Positions 9,527 through 19,141 of a DNA stretch of 64,000 bases are shown in pieces (positions within the stretch are counted from its first letter, which is position 1; each line of letters opens with the position of its first letter). Source of the stretch: Candidatus Neoanaerotignum galli (lineage in GTDB: Bacteria; Bacillota; Clostridia; Lachnospirales; Anaerotignaceae); contig CAJFIN010000002.1 in the NCBI GenBank assembly GCA_904381335.1, positions 34,147 through 98,146 on the forward strand. The letters are read 5' to 3'. The notes below the pieces were generated by a model, which worked only from the letters and a program-made list of their open reading frames with translations, had not been told where the DNA came from and did no database searches. A program made the translations under genes and the position numbers.

Positions 9527-10387
9527 TTACTGTTCGTTTTGATCCGGCAGCAACATAGGTAAAAACGGCTCAAAAGCAATCCCATCATTTCGGTCATACG
9601 GCTCTTGCCGGGTACGGCGGATTGCCTTACCGATAAATTCTGCCGCCAAAGCCACACTGTCTTTTAATGCCATTCCCCGCATAGCTCCGCCGCATAAGAT
9701 ACTGGCTAAAAGATCTCCCGTGCCAGAGAAGCTCCCGCCCTCCGCCCGGGCCGCCACCACTTCCTGCTGACCTCGTTCGATAATGAGGTTCGAGAAGATC
9801 TCTTCTCCATCCAGACTTTGCCGAATCCCTGTCACCACCACCTGGGTAGTACAGCCGGATAGAAGGCCTTCTGCCACCTTCGCCACTCGATTTAAATAAT
9901 TTTCTTCACCATGGCCTGCCGTTAAGGCACCATAGTCCGCGCCCGTCAAAAGACAAAGCTCCGTCAGATTTGGCGTCAATAAGGTGGCCTGACGTGTTAA
10001 GTCCCGGATGGCACTGCAAAGCGCATCGTCAAAGCCGGGATATCGCTCCCCATCATCGCCCATGATGGGATCCACTAATAAAAAAGTGTCCTTTTTCCGA
10101 AAAACCTGTAAAAAACGGAAAATTTCCTCTACCTGGCTGACCTCTGCCAAAAAGCCCGTATAAATCCCATCAAAACAAAAGCCCAATCGTTGCCACATTT
10201 GCGTAAAATGCTTCATATGGGGCGTAAAGTCTTCCATATAATAAAACGGATAGCCCGTTTGATTGGACAGTACCGCCGTTGGCAAAGGATATACCTGCAC
10301 TCCCATCACACTCAGCACCGGAATGGCCGCCATGAGAGAACACCGTCCCGCCCCGGACAAGTCGTTGATCGCCGCGATCTTTTTCAT
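9527..10387 (-). CDS. pdxK: Pyridoxamine/pyridoxal kinase
   Basis: The 286-aa product follows the ribokinase-like PdxK/PdxY pattern (INDLSGAGRCSL...LTPNLTELCLLTG...GTGDLLAS). Confidence 0.8.
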   Translation of the reverse strand: MKKIAAINDLSGAGRCSLMAAIPVLSVMGVQVYPLPTAVLSNQTGYPFYYMEDFTPHMKHFTQMWQRLGFCFDGIYTGFLAEVSQVEEIFRFLQVFRKKDTFLLVDPIMGDDGERYPGFDDALCSAIRDLTRQATLLTPNLTELCLLTGADYGALTAGHGEENYLNRVAKVAEGLLSGCTTQVVVTGIRQSLDGEEIFSNLIIERGQQEVVAARAEGGSFSGTGDLLASILCGGAMRGMALKDSVALAAEFIGKAIRRTRQEPYDRNDGIAFEPFLPMLLPDQNEQ

Positions 10388-10416
10388 CCTTTTCTCCTTA
10401 CTGCCACATCTCTTCT

Positions 10417-11082
10417 TTACAGCACTTGTTGTTCGTTAATGATCAGCCGAAACTGCATCCCCAGCCGTTCTGCTGCTTTCCGGCAAAGGATCATACGCCC
10501 TAAAAAGATTTCAAAATAATCCATCACCGAGCAATACCGTGTGTCAATTGATAGTTTCAGCCGAAATACTTTTCGTTCTGTTTCCTCAATGATTTTTACA
10601 TCTGCTTTCCGCACCGAATAATTCACTCGGTCATGAATGTCAAAGTTTGTAATATCTTTATTGCGCACTCGACTGCGGCGTACATCTGTCTTATCCCCCA
10701 AAATCAATGCTGCTGCCACATGGTTTACCGCTTCAGCCGTCCCTTCATCATGATTGCCAATGGCGGTGGTGATGGTCGCGATTTCTTCTGCATCAGCACC
10801 CATATTATCTAAAATACGAAAGGCCATCACTGCCCCCGACTGGGCATGATCCACCCGGTTAATGAGGTTACCAATGTCATGCAGATGGGCGGCGATCATC
10901 GCCAATTCCACATCATGCGCAGGATAATGCAGCGTCTGTAAAATATATTTTGCCGTTTCTGCCACCTTTGTCACATGGGCAAAACTATGCTCTGTATAGC
11001 CCAAAGCGATCAGAGATTCGTCTGCTTTTTCAATGTAGGTTCGGATTGCCTGGTCCTGACGGACGGCTTCATAGGTAATCAT
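10417..11082 (-). CDS. HD-domain metal-dependent phosphohydrolase
   Basis: H...HD motifs are present (HSFAHV, AAHLHDIGN, GNHD). The start overlaps the kinase stop as ATGA. Confidence 0.75.
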   Translation of the reverse strand: MITYEAVRQDQAIRTYIEKADESLIALGYTEHSFAHVTKVAETAKYILQTLHYPAHDVELAMIAAHLHDIGNLINRVDHAQSGAVMAFRILDNMGADAEEIATITTAIGNHDEGTAEAVNHVAAALILGDKTDVRRSRVRNKDITNFDIHDRVNYSVRKADVKIIEETERKVFRLKLSIDTRYCSVMDYFEIFLGRMILCRKAAERLGMQFRLIINEQQVL

Positions 11083-12458
11083 TCTGCGTTTCCCTCTTTC
11101 TGTTGTGCTGCTTGTTGTGTTTTTCTTTGTTCTTCTACACTGGGAAATATCACCTGAATGCGCGTGGGCCCGCCGATTTTGCTTTCCACACTGATCCGGC
11201 CGTTATGGCGCATCACCACATGCTTTACAATGGCTAATCCTAGCCCTGTGCCGCCAGTATCTTTGCTCCGGCTCTTATCCACCCGATAAAACCGTTCAAA
11301 AATCCGCTCCTGGTCCTCCAGGGAAATCCCAATCCCGTTATCTTTCACCACTAAGGTAGGGCGATTGCCTGTCAAAAAAGTTTCAATCTGGACATAGCCC
11401 CCCGGTAAGTTGTATCGGATGGCATTATCACATAAATTGTAGACCACTTCTTCCAGCATGGTCTTATTGCCCAGCACATAGACACTCTCTGTGCTGCCAG
11501 TCAAATGGATCTGTACCTGAAATTGCTCCGCTTTCATCGACAGCATCTCCGCTGTATCCCGAGCCAGGCGGGTTAGATCCACCGGCTCCATGGGGCCAAT
11601 ATTCCCCGGCTCATCCAGCCGGGAAAGCTCTAAAATATCGTTGATCAAGGTGATCAGCCGGCCGGTTTCTTTATGAATTTTTCCTGCAAAAGTCTTGATA
11701 TCTTCCGGCTGCACCATACCGCTTTTCAGCATTTCCGCATAACCGGAGATGCTGGTCAGCGGCGTTTTTAACTCATGCGTTACATTTGCTGTAAACTGCT
11801 GCCGCCATTTTTCCCCTTCTTCCTTCTTTTCCTGATAACTGCGGATGGCCTGAGCCAATGGCAGCATTTCCTTAGGCAGCCGATCATTCACCTCATCCAT
11901 ATGCCAGATCATTTTCTCCATCTGGCTTACAACGCTCTTCGTTAAAAACCGGCTTACCAGGGCGCTAATCACCAAAATCAATACCAACACCACAACCATT
12001 GACGGCAAAGAGTTTTGAAAATCCGCCAAAAAGCTCTCTATCTCTGCCCCCACCCGAAGCACACAGCCATCTGAAAGGCGTAGGGCATAATAGTAACTAT
12101 AGGTATGCAGTGTGCTGCTGGTACGGGCAGAGTCTCCTCGCCCCGTTTCCATAGCCTCCACCACTTCTTCTCGTTCTGCATGATTTTCCAGCCGGGAAGA
12201 AGGGCTTTTGCTGTCATAAAGCACCTTGCCATTTTCATCAATCAAGGTAATCCGTTTCGTATTATCGGCAAAAGGTTGTAAGTCTGATGGCTCATTTAGC
12301 CAGGGATATACCTCTGCCAAAACCCGTGTCAGCTGTTGCACCTCCCGCTTGCCCCGCTCTTCCAGGGAGCTATGAAACAGACCAACCAGCAGCGCCGTAG
12401 TCAAAAGCAGAGAAAAAACCCCCATCAAAAACACTCTCTGCCCAATCTTTTTTTCCAT
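11079..12458 (-). CDS. Sensor histidine kinase, PhoR-like
   Basis: The N-terminal TM-flanked sensor is followed by a HisKA H-box (THELKTPLTSISGYAEML) and HATPase N/G boxes (DNAIRY, DNGIGI, GGTGLGLAIV). Confidence 0.85.
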   Translation of the reverse strand: MEKKIGQRVFLMGVFSLLLTTALLVGLFHSSLEERGKREVQQLTRVLAEVYPWLNEPSDLQPFADNTKRITLIDENGKVLYDSKSPSSRLENHAEREEVVEAMETGRGDSARTSSTLHTYSYYYALRLSDGCVLRVGAEIESFLADFQNSLPSMVVVLVLILVISALVSRFLTKSVVSQMEKMIWHMDEVNDRLPKEMLPLAQAIRSYQEKKEEGEKWRQQFTANVTHELKTPLTSISGYAEMLKSGMVQPEDIKTFAGKIHKETGRLITLINDILELSRLDEPGNIGPMEPVDLTRLARDTAEMLSMKAEQFQVQIHLTGSTESVYVLGNKTMLEEVVYNLCDNAIRYNLPGGYVQIETFLTGNRPTLVVKDNGIGISLEDQERIFERFYRVDKSRSKDTGGTGLGLAIVKHVVMRHNGRISVESKIGGPTRIQVIFPSVEEQRKTQQAAQQKEGNAE

Positions 12459-12460
12459 GA

Positions 12461-13174
12461 TTAAGGCTCCTCTTTTCCTTTCTCCAGCTTATATCCCACA
12501 TTCCGCACCGTTTTGATATAGCTGCCGCAGCTGCCCAGCTTTTGCCGCAAGGTTTTGATATGCATATCCACCGTCCGGCTTTCTCCTTCAAAGTCCATCC
12601 CCCAAATGGTGTCCATGATCTTATCCCGGCTTAAAACAATCCCTTGGTTCTGAAGAAAATATTTGAGCAGTTCATATTCTTTATAGGTCAGATTGCACTG
12701 CTTACCATCTACCTTTACCACCCGTTTTCGGTCATCCATCAAAATTTCCTCAAAATGGATCACTTCTTCCCGGTTCACCTGATATCGGCGTAATACCGCC
12801 TTCACCCGGGAAATAAACTCCATAATGCCAAAGGGCTTTGTAATATAGTCGTCCGCCCCGGCATCCAACCCACGCACCGCATCGATCTCACTGGTTTTGG
12901 CTGTCACTAATACCACCGGCACTTGTTTCGTGCGCTCACTTTGGCGCATTTTCTTCAGCATATCCAGTCCACTTTCTCCAGGCAGCATAATGTCCAGCAC
13001 CACTAGATCCGGCAGTTTCTTTTCGCATTGCGCAAAAAAAGACGAGCCCTCAGAAAAGCCCATCACTTCAAAACCACTGTTACGCAGTGCATATTCTTCC
13101 ATTTCGCGAATGTTAATATCGTCTTCTACAATATAAATCAAAATCCTCACCCTTTTTTGGCTTTCTGTATCCAT
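12461..13174 (-). CDS. OmpR/PhoB-family response regulator
   Basis: The receiver carries the DD pair and phospho-Asp context (VVLDIMLPG). A winged-helix C-terminus follows (RTVDMHIKTLRQKL...TVRNVGYKL). Confidence 0.9.
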   Translation of the reverse strand: MDTESQKRVRILIYIVEDDINIREMEEYALRNSGFEVMGFSEGSSFFAQCEKKLPDLVVLDIMLPGESGLDMLKKMRQSERTKQVPVVLVTAKTSEIDAVRGLDAGADDYITKPFGIMEFISRVKAVLRRYQVNREEVIHFEEILMDDRKRVVKVDGKQCNLTYKEYELLKYFLQNQGIVLSRDKIMDTIWGMDFEGESRTVDMHIKTLRQKLGSCGSYIKTVRNVGYKLEKGKEEP

Positions 13175-13250
13175 TTTCTCTATCCGAATACAGTATACTA
13201 AAAAAAGGGCGAGGAATCAATAAACAATCCGTCAGTATTTTTTCTTCTCT

Positions 13251-15005
13251 TTAGTGGAGCGCATATTTTTCCATATAAAAGGCAACCCGTTTTTCAAAAA
13301 ATTCATCATGGGAATCTTTTAAATCATTCAAATACCCATGCATAGACATGCAATCTTTTGCACTTTCAATGATACAGATGGCAATATTAGAGCAATGATC
13401 CGCCACGCGCTCATAATTGGTCAGCACATCCTGGAATACAAATCCCAGCTCTGTGGTACATTCACCGCGTTTCAACCGCTCAATATGGCGGTTTTTGATT
13501 TCATTTTGCAGGTAGTCAATAACCTGCTCCAGCGGCTCTACTTCCGCAGCCAGCTGGGTGTCATTATTGAGAAACACTTCCACCGCCATATCTAAAATCT
13601 CCCGCACAGCAGCCCCCATCACATCCAGCTCTGCTTTGCCATCGACAGAAAAGCGAATGTGTTTATCCCGCATTTCTTCTGCCGTTTCTTTCAGATTCAG
13701 GGCATGATCGCCGATCCGCTCAAAATCTCCAATGCAATGCAATATTCGGCCGGCTTCTCGATTATCCTCTTCATTCAGATCTTTGTTGCCCAGGCGCACC
13801 AGATACGTTCCTAGCTTATCTTCAAACTGGTCAATCCGCTCTTCATTTTCTTCCACCGATTCCATGAGCTTTTCGTCCCGGTCATCTAAGCAGCGCATGC
13901 CGTCAAACAAGGTCTTTTTGGCCAGCTGCGCCATTTTATCTGCCACCTGATGGCTCCGGTAAACCGCCATGGAAGGCGTCACCATCAGCCGGTCGTCCAG
14001 CAGATCAAATTCTTCGTCTTCCTTCGAGTCTTTGACAATAAAGCAAGCCAGTTTTTCCAGCTGCTTTGTAAAAGGCAACAGCACTGCCGTAGTGCAAATG
14101 TTAAACAAGGAATGAATCACAGCGATGCTAGCTGCATTGACCGGAGTATCCACAAAGGAAAACTCCAACACAGCATTGAGAATATAAAATAAACTCAAAA
14201 ACAGTGTTGTACCGATAATATTAAACGAAAAATGTACTGCTGCCACCCGTTTTGCATTTTTGCTCGTCCCAATGGAGGCCAGCAAGGCAGTAATACAAGT
14301 GCCGATGTTTTGGCCCATAATGATGGGAATTGCCGTGCCATACGTAATCACGCCAGTCCCACTCAGCGCCTGCAAAATGCCCACTGAAGCTGAAGAAGAC
14401 TGAATGGCGGCGGTAAAAATAGCCCCAGCCAATACCCCGAAAATAGGATTACGGAACATTAACAAAATATTGGTAAATTCGGGCATGTCCGCCAAAGGTT
14501 CCACGGCGGAAGTCATAATATCCATACCGGTAATTAATACCGCAAACCCCAAAAGGATTGTACCAATATTATGGCGCTTTTCCTTTTTGGAAAACATCAG
14601 TAAACAAATACCAATGGCAGCCAGCACCGGTGTAAAAGAGGATGGCTTTAACAGCTGTAAAAAGAAGTTATCACTTTCAATCGCTGTCAGGCTCAAAATC
14701 CAAGCCGTAATGGTAGTGCCGATATTGGCTCCCATAATCACGCCAATGGCCTGATACAGCTTCATCAAACCAGAATTAACAAACCCTACCACCATCACCG
14801 TGGTGGCCGATGAACTTTGGATAATTGCCGTAACGCCAGCGCCTAACAGCAGCCCTTTAAGAGGGTTTGAAGTCAGTTTTTCCAAGATGATCTTTAACCT
14901 GCCGCCCGCCTGTTTTTCCAGCGCTTTACCCATGGTGTCCATCCCAAAAAGGAATAGGGCCAAGCCCCCAATGAGATTGAGCACATCAAAAAGATCCATT
15001 TCCAT
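13251..15005 (-). CDS. Na/Pi cotransporter family protein with C-terminal PhoU-like domains
   Basis: The 584-aa product has duplicated QSSSA(T/S) motifs typical of NptA/YjbB, plus a PhoU-like helical C-terminus. Confidence 0.9.
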   Translation of the reverse strand: MEMDLFDVLNLIGGLALFLFGMDTMGKALEKQAGGRLKIILEKLTSNPLKGLLLGAGVTAIIQSSSATTVMVVGFVNSGLMKLYQAIGVIMGANIGTTITAWILSLTAIESDNFFLQLLKPSSFTPVLAAIGICLLMFSKKEKRHNIGTILLGFAVLITGMDIMTSAVEPLADMPEFTNILLMFRNPIFGVLAGAIFTAAIQSSSASVGILQALSGTGVITYGTAIPIIMGQNIGTCITALLASIGTSKNAKRVAAVHFSFNIIGTTLFLSLFYILNAVLEFSFVDTPVNAASIAVIHSLFNICTTAVLLPFTKQLEKLACFIVKDSKEDEEFDLLDDRLMVTPSMAVYRSHQVADKMAQLAKKTLFDGMRCLDDRDEKLMESVEENEERIDQFEDKLGTYLVRLGNKDLNEEDNREAGRILHCIGDFERIGDHALNLKETAEEMRDKHIRFSVDGKAELDVMGAAVREILDMAVEVFLNNDTQLAAEVEPLEQVIDYLQNEIKNRHIERLKRGECTTELGFVFQDVLTNYERVADHCSNIAICIIESAKDCMSMHGYLNDLKDSHDEFFEKRVAFYMEKYALH

Positions 15006-15078
15006 CCTCCATTTCTTGATCTCTTTTTTACATTTTATTACCCCAATTTTTTACACGCGCATGATATTACAGGTTATA

Positions 15079-15122
15079 TGTAAAGTTTAGCAGATGATTT
15101 ATGTAAAATCAATGTAAAATCA
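15079..15122 (-). promoter_or_regulatory. Pho-box-like array of TTTACA hexamers upstream of the Na/Pi transporter
   Basis: On the minus strand TTTACA occurs at 15118-15113, 15107-15102 (11-bp spacing, inside a perfect 11-bp tandem duplication at 15101-15122) and 15084-15079. Confidence 0.45.
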
Positions 15123-15228
15123 ATCGAAAAAACGTTCTTCTGGCCGATTCAGCTATTTTGCTGGACTATTCCCACCGCCCGTGCTATGATAGGAGAGACA
15201 AACAGAGGGATAAAAAGGAGCGAACGCT

Positions 15229-16098
15229 ATGAAACCAAACCGAAACGACCCCTGCTGGTGCGGCAGCGGCCTAAAGTACAAAAAATGCCATGAACCAATT
15301 GATGAAAAAATTGCTTTTTACAAAAGCCAAGGACACATTGTGCCTTCCCGCAAACTGCTGAAAACCCCGGAACAAATTGAAGGGATTCGCCAGAGCAGCA
15401 AAATCAATATCGCCGTTTTAGACGCTGTCAGCCAGGTTATCCGCGCCGGTATGACCACCGAAGAAATCAACACCCTAGTGGATCAAAAAACTCGGGAAAT
15501 GGGCGGTATTCCTGCTCCGCTTAATTACGAAGGGTTTCCCAAGAGCGTCTGCGTTTCCATTAACGATCAGGTATGCCACGGCATTCCTTCCAGTGATGAT
15601 GTACTGAAAGAAGGAGATATTGTCAACGTGGATGTTTCCACCATCTACCAAGGCTATTTTTCTGATTCCTCCCGGATGTTTCTCATCGGAGAGGTAAAAC
15701 CGGAGTGGAAAAAATTGGTGGAAGTAACAAAACAAGCCGTGGAAGTGGGTCTGGCAGAAGTAAAACCCTGGGCTTTTTTAGGCGATATGGGTCAGGCCAT
15801 CCATGATTTTGTCCGCTCCCATGGATATACGGTTGTGGAAGAGATTGGCGGCCATGGCGTTGGACTTCAATTCCATGAAGATCCCTTTGTCAGCTATGTC
15901 TCCAAAAAAGGAACAGAAATGCTGATGGTGCCTGGTATGGTCTTTACCATCGAGCCTATGGTTAACCTAGGAAAACGAGATGTCTTTGTCGATGCTCAAA
16001 ACGACTGGACCATCTACACCCAGGATGGTTCCCCTTCTGCTCAGTGGGAGATCACCGTGGCTGTTACCGAAACCGGTCACGAAGTTTTGACATGGTAA
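15229..16098 (+). CDS. map: Type I methionine aminopeptidase with N-terminal SEC-C zinc motif
   Basis: The N-terminus reads PCWCGSGLKYKKCH, and the MetAP pita-bread fold motifs are present (VCHGIP, NVDVS, GHGVG, EPM). Confidence 0.9.
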   Translation: MKPNRNDPCWCGSGLKYKKCHEPIDEKIAFYKSQGHIVPSRKLLKTPEQIEGIRQSSKINIAVLDAVSQVIRAGMTTEEINTLVDQKTREMGGIPAPLNYEGFPKSVCVSINDQVCHGIPSSDDVLKEGDIVNVDVSTIYQGYFSDSSRMFLIGEVKPEWKKLVEVTKQAVEVGLAEVKPWAFLGDMGQAIHDFVRSHGYTVVEEIGGHGVGLQFHEDPFVSYVSKKGTEMLMVPGMVFTIEPMVNLGKRDVFVDAQNDWTIYTQDGSPSAQWEITVAVTETGHEVLTW

Positions 16099-16103
16099 TC
16101 CCT

Positions 16104-16134
16104 GCCTGTCCGGCAAAACCGGACAGGCTTTTTT
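16104..16134 (+). terminator. Rho-independent terminator of map
   Basis: A 10-bp stem GCCTGTCCGG/CCGGACAGGC is followed by TTTTTT. Confidence 0.85.
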
Positions 16135-16365
16135 ATCAAAAGCTTTCTTGCCCTTGCTCCGCGTGCGCCCACTCACTAGGAAAAGTGCCGTTTCCTTTTG
16201 ATGGTGCTAAAAACGGGGCTTTTCCCTGGAAGTCCCGTTTCTGTATCTCTCTGCACGCTAAAGTTCGTATTTAGACTTCCGCTACCTCCATCTGCATAGC
16301 AGGGGGGGGTTCGTGTGAAATAACGGTACGTTGTGCATTTATTTCAGGCAGGCGAAAGGCGGATA

Positions 16366-16397
16366 TAAAAAAAGACGGGCCATCGCCCGTCTTTTTT
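16366..16397 (-). terminator. Terminator of the NMO/FabK-like gene (bidirectional shape)
   Basis: The stem AGACGGGC-CATC-GCCCGTCT is flanked by A and T runs and overlaps the stop codon. Confidence 0.8.
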
Positions 16398-17451
16398 ATT
16401 CGGCATTTAATTCCTCCATCAATGCCTTTACCGTTGTCATTTTCTCTAACCGCCAGGCATTTTCTCCGCAAAACAGCAGCGCATGATCCAATTTCCCTTT
16501 GGCCGCCCGGATCAGCGCCATGGAAATACAATACGGTGTTGTTGCCGGATCGCACTGATCCATGCAGCGGAAGCATTTTTCTACTGGTTCCCTACCTTGC
16601 TGGCGCGCCTTAACAAAATCATTGGCAATCGCGCGCCCGGGCAGTCCCACCGGGCTTTGGACAATAACAATATCCTCTTTTTTCGCTTTCAAATAAGCTT
16701 CTTTATAGTTTTGAGGCGCATCACATTCTTCTGTTACAACAAACCGCGTGGCCATCTGCACACCTTGGCACCCCAGCGAAAGATAATGATCAATGTCTTG
16801 ACGGTCAAACACGCCGCCTGCATAAACCACAGGGATCGGGCCATAAGATGCCTCATAGCCCCGGACAAAATCCACAATGGCTTCCACCTCTTTATCAAAT
16901 TCTGCCAGCGTCAACTGGGCCGCTTCTTCCGGCGTAAACCCAAGGTGTCCCCCTGCTTTCGGGCCTTCGATCACCACAAAGTCCGCCACTTTATGATACC
17001 GTTTATCCCAACGCTGAAATAATACCTTGGCCGCCTTCAAACTGGAAACCACCGGTGCAAACTTTACCTTTGTATCCTGAAGCAGCAATGGCAGCTCTAT
17101 GGGAAGCCCTGCCCCAGAAATGATCACATCTGCGCCATTTTTCACGCAACAATCCACATATTCTGCATAATTCCGAGAAGCCCGCATAATATTAACACCC
17201 ACAGGCCGCCCACCGGATAATTCTTTTGCCTGATGGATTTCTCTGCCCAAGGCCCGCAAATTGGCATGAAAGGCGTCCTGCATAAAATCCAGCTCTGCAA
17301 AGCCAGTCTGCGCCGCGCTTACAACACCCAATCCGCCTTCCTTTGATACAGCTCCAGCTAGGCGGGACAGGCTGATACCCACCCCCATGCCGCCCTGGAT
17401 AATGGGTACTTCTATGGTCAAATCTTTGATGATTAGCGGTTGTAATTTCAT
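16396..17451 (-). CDS. Nitronate monooxygenase-family flavoprotein (FabK-like enoyl-ACP reductase II paralog) with Cys-rich C-terminal extension
   Basis: The NMO TIM-barrel pattern is present (IIQGGMGVGIS...IEGPKAGGHLG...YAGGVFD...GVQMATRF). I chose the ATG at 17451 because GGAAGAGGGAAG lies upstream. Confidence 0.75.
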   Translation of the reverse strand: MKLQPLIIKDLTIEVPIIQGGMGVGISLSRLAGAVSKEGGLGVVSAAQTGFAELDFMQDAFHANLRALGREIHQAKELSGGRPVGVNIMRASRNYAEYVDCCVKNGADVIISGAGLPIELPLLLQDTKVKFAPVVSSLKAAKVLFQRWDKRYHKVADFVVIEGPKAGGHLGFTPEEAAQLTLAEFDKEVEAIVDFVRGYEASYGPIPVVYAGGVFDRQDIDHYLSLGCQGVQMATRFVVTEECDAPQNYKEAYLKAKKEDIVIVQSPVGLPGRAIANDFVKARQQGREPVEKCFRCMDQCDPATTPYCISMALIRAAKGKLDHALLFCGENAWRLEKMTTVKALMEELNAE

Positions 17452-17628
17452 TTTCTTCCCTCTTCCAATCATTTGCTTTGCCAATATTCTTTTAGGTCAC
17501 TATATTATATAATTCCTATTCTGTCAACCCTTTCTCGTCTTCACTCCATTTTTTTCGTTTTTTCTCCATTTTTCTTTCTTTTTTACGCAATACTTCATCA
17601 AAAAAGCGGGCCTTTTTGTCTCAAAGTA

Positions 17629-17657
17629 TTGACGTACCGTGGAAAATAAACTATACT
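17629..17657 (+). promoter_or_regulatory. Putative sigma-A promoter of the fab/acc operon (TTGACG-17-TATACT)
   Basis: The hexamers were read directly and have a 17-nt spacer. The promoter lies about 110 nt upstream of the fabH ATG. Confidence 0.6.
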
Positions 17658-17768
17658 TTGGCTATTGAACCATTGCCTTCCTGTCAAATCCAGGGTGCCA
17701 TATCCAAGCCCTTTGTTTACCTATAGGAAGGTCAAAAAGTAGAAGAACTTGTTGTAGGAGAATGAGCC

Positions 17769-18740
17769 ATGTATTTCTCAAAATTGATCGCGACAGGTGC
17801 TTGTGTGCCTAAAACGGTGATCTCCAATCAAAAGCTGTCCGAACTGGTGGACACTTCTGATGAGTGGATTTCTTCCCGCACCGGCATCCGAAATCGCCAT
17901 TTTGCCCAAACAGAAAACGCTTCCGATCTGGCCATTGGCACGGCCCGGCAAATCTTGTCCCGTTGCCAGATTGCCCCGGAAGACATTGATCTTATCATCG
18001 TTGCCACCGTATCCGGCGACTATACCACGCCTTCGGTGGCCTGTCTGGTACAGGCGGCTATTGGCGCAAAAAACGCCTTGGCTTTCGATATTTCCGCCGC
18101 TTGCAGCGGCTTTATCTTTGGCCTGTCTGTGGCAGACAAATACATCCGCGCCGGCATCTACAAAAATGCCTTAATCATCGGTTCGGAACTGTTAAGTAAA
18201 TATCTCAATTTTAATGATCGGTCTACCTGCGTTCTTTTCGGCGATGGCTCTGGCGGCGCCATGGTAGTTCGCAGCGATGAGCCTGGTCTGCTGTGTGAAG
18301 CCTTGGGGAGCGATGGTGAACGGGGACTCTCCCTGACGTGCGGCCATGTGCCCACTTCTAGCCCCTTTAATGGTCTGCCAAGAGGTACCGATCCTTACGT
18401 TCATATGGACGGCCGGGTGATCTTTGATTTCGCCACCCGTACTGTGCCAAAATCAGTGGAAGAAATGTTGGAAAAGCAAGGCGTTGGTATTGAAGACATC
18501 GATTTGGTGGTGCCGCACCAGGCCAACAGCCGGATTGTGGAGATCATCAGCCGGAAACTGAAAATCCCAATGGAAAAATTTTATCTGAATATGCATGAAT
18601 ATGCTAACACTTCTTCTGCCTCCATTCCCATTGCTTTAAACGAATTGGTGGAAAACGGACGGATTACTCCCGGTATGACAGTGCTTTTTTGCGGCTTTGG
18701 CGCCGGACTGACGTGGGGGAATATGCTTATTCGGATGTAA
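17769..18740 (+). CDS. fabH: Beta-ketoacyl-ACP synthase III
   Basis: The product has the active-site Cys context DISAACSGF and a C-terminal HQAN...GFGAGLTWG pattern. Confidence 0.92.
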   Translation: MYFSKLIATGACVPKTVISNQKLSELVDTSDEWISSRTGIRNRHFAQTENASDLAIGTARQILSRCQIAPEDIDLIIVATVSGDYTTPSVACLVQAAIGAKNALAFDISAACSGFIFGLSVADKYIRAGIYKNALIIGSELLSKYLNFNDRSTCVLFGDGSGGAMVVRSDEPGLLCEALGSDGERGLSLTCGHVPTSSPFNGLPRGTDPYVHMDGRVIFDFATRTVPKSVEEMLEKQGVGIEDIDLVVPHQANSRIVEIISRKLKIPMEKFYLNMHEYANTSSASIPIALNELVENGRITPGMTVLFCGFGAGLTWGNMLIRM

Positions 18741-18874
18741 GCGGGAAAGGGGTTTGTGCTATCCCAAAAGCTAGTTACAATGTAACGATTGCATTTATGC
18801 CAAAATTATTATATTATAATAGTATTATGGAGTCGCCATGAGCGTGACAAATGAAGATCATAGGAGGAACGAAT

Positions 18875-19102
18875 ATGAATTTTGAAAAGATCAGAGATAT
18901 CATCGCTGAACAGACAGGGAAAGACGCCGAAGAAATCACAATGGAAACCAGCGTAAAAGACGATCTGGAGGCCGATAGCCTGGACCTGTTCCAGATCATC
19001 AATGACATTGAAGATGAATTTGATATTAAAATTGAAGACGTGGAAAATATCAAGACAGTAGGCGATGTGGTAAAACTGGTGGATGAACTGAGCCAGAAAT
19101 AA
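18875..19102 (+). CDS. acpP: Acyl carrier protein
   Basis: The 75-aa acidic protein has the phosphopantetheine site [15 protein letters not shown] lies 6 nt upstream of the ATG at 18875. Confidence 0.9.
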   Translation: MNFEKIRDIIAEQTGKDAEEITMETSVKDDLEADSLDLFQIINDIEDEFDIKIEDVENIKTVGDVVKLVDELSQK

Positions 19103-19141
19103 TCCTTGCGCCAACACCAAGGGGAAGTGAGGGGTAACAAA

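Noticed and set aside
16302-16309. G8 homopolymer as a phase-variation switch
   Set aside because: It lies in a noncoding gap between two terminators, with no ORF or promoter whose frame or spacing it could alter.
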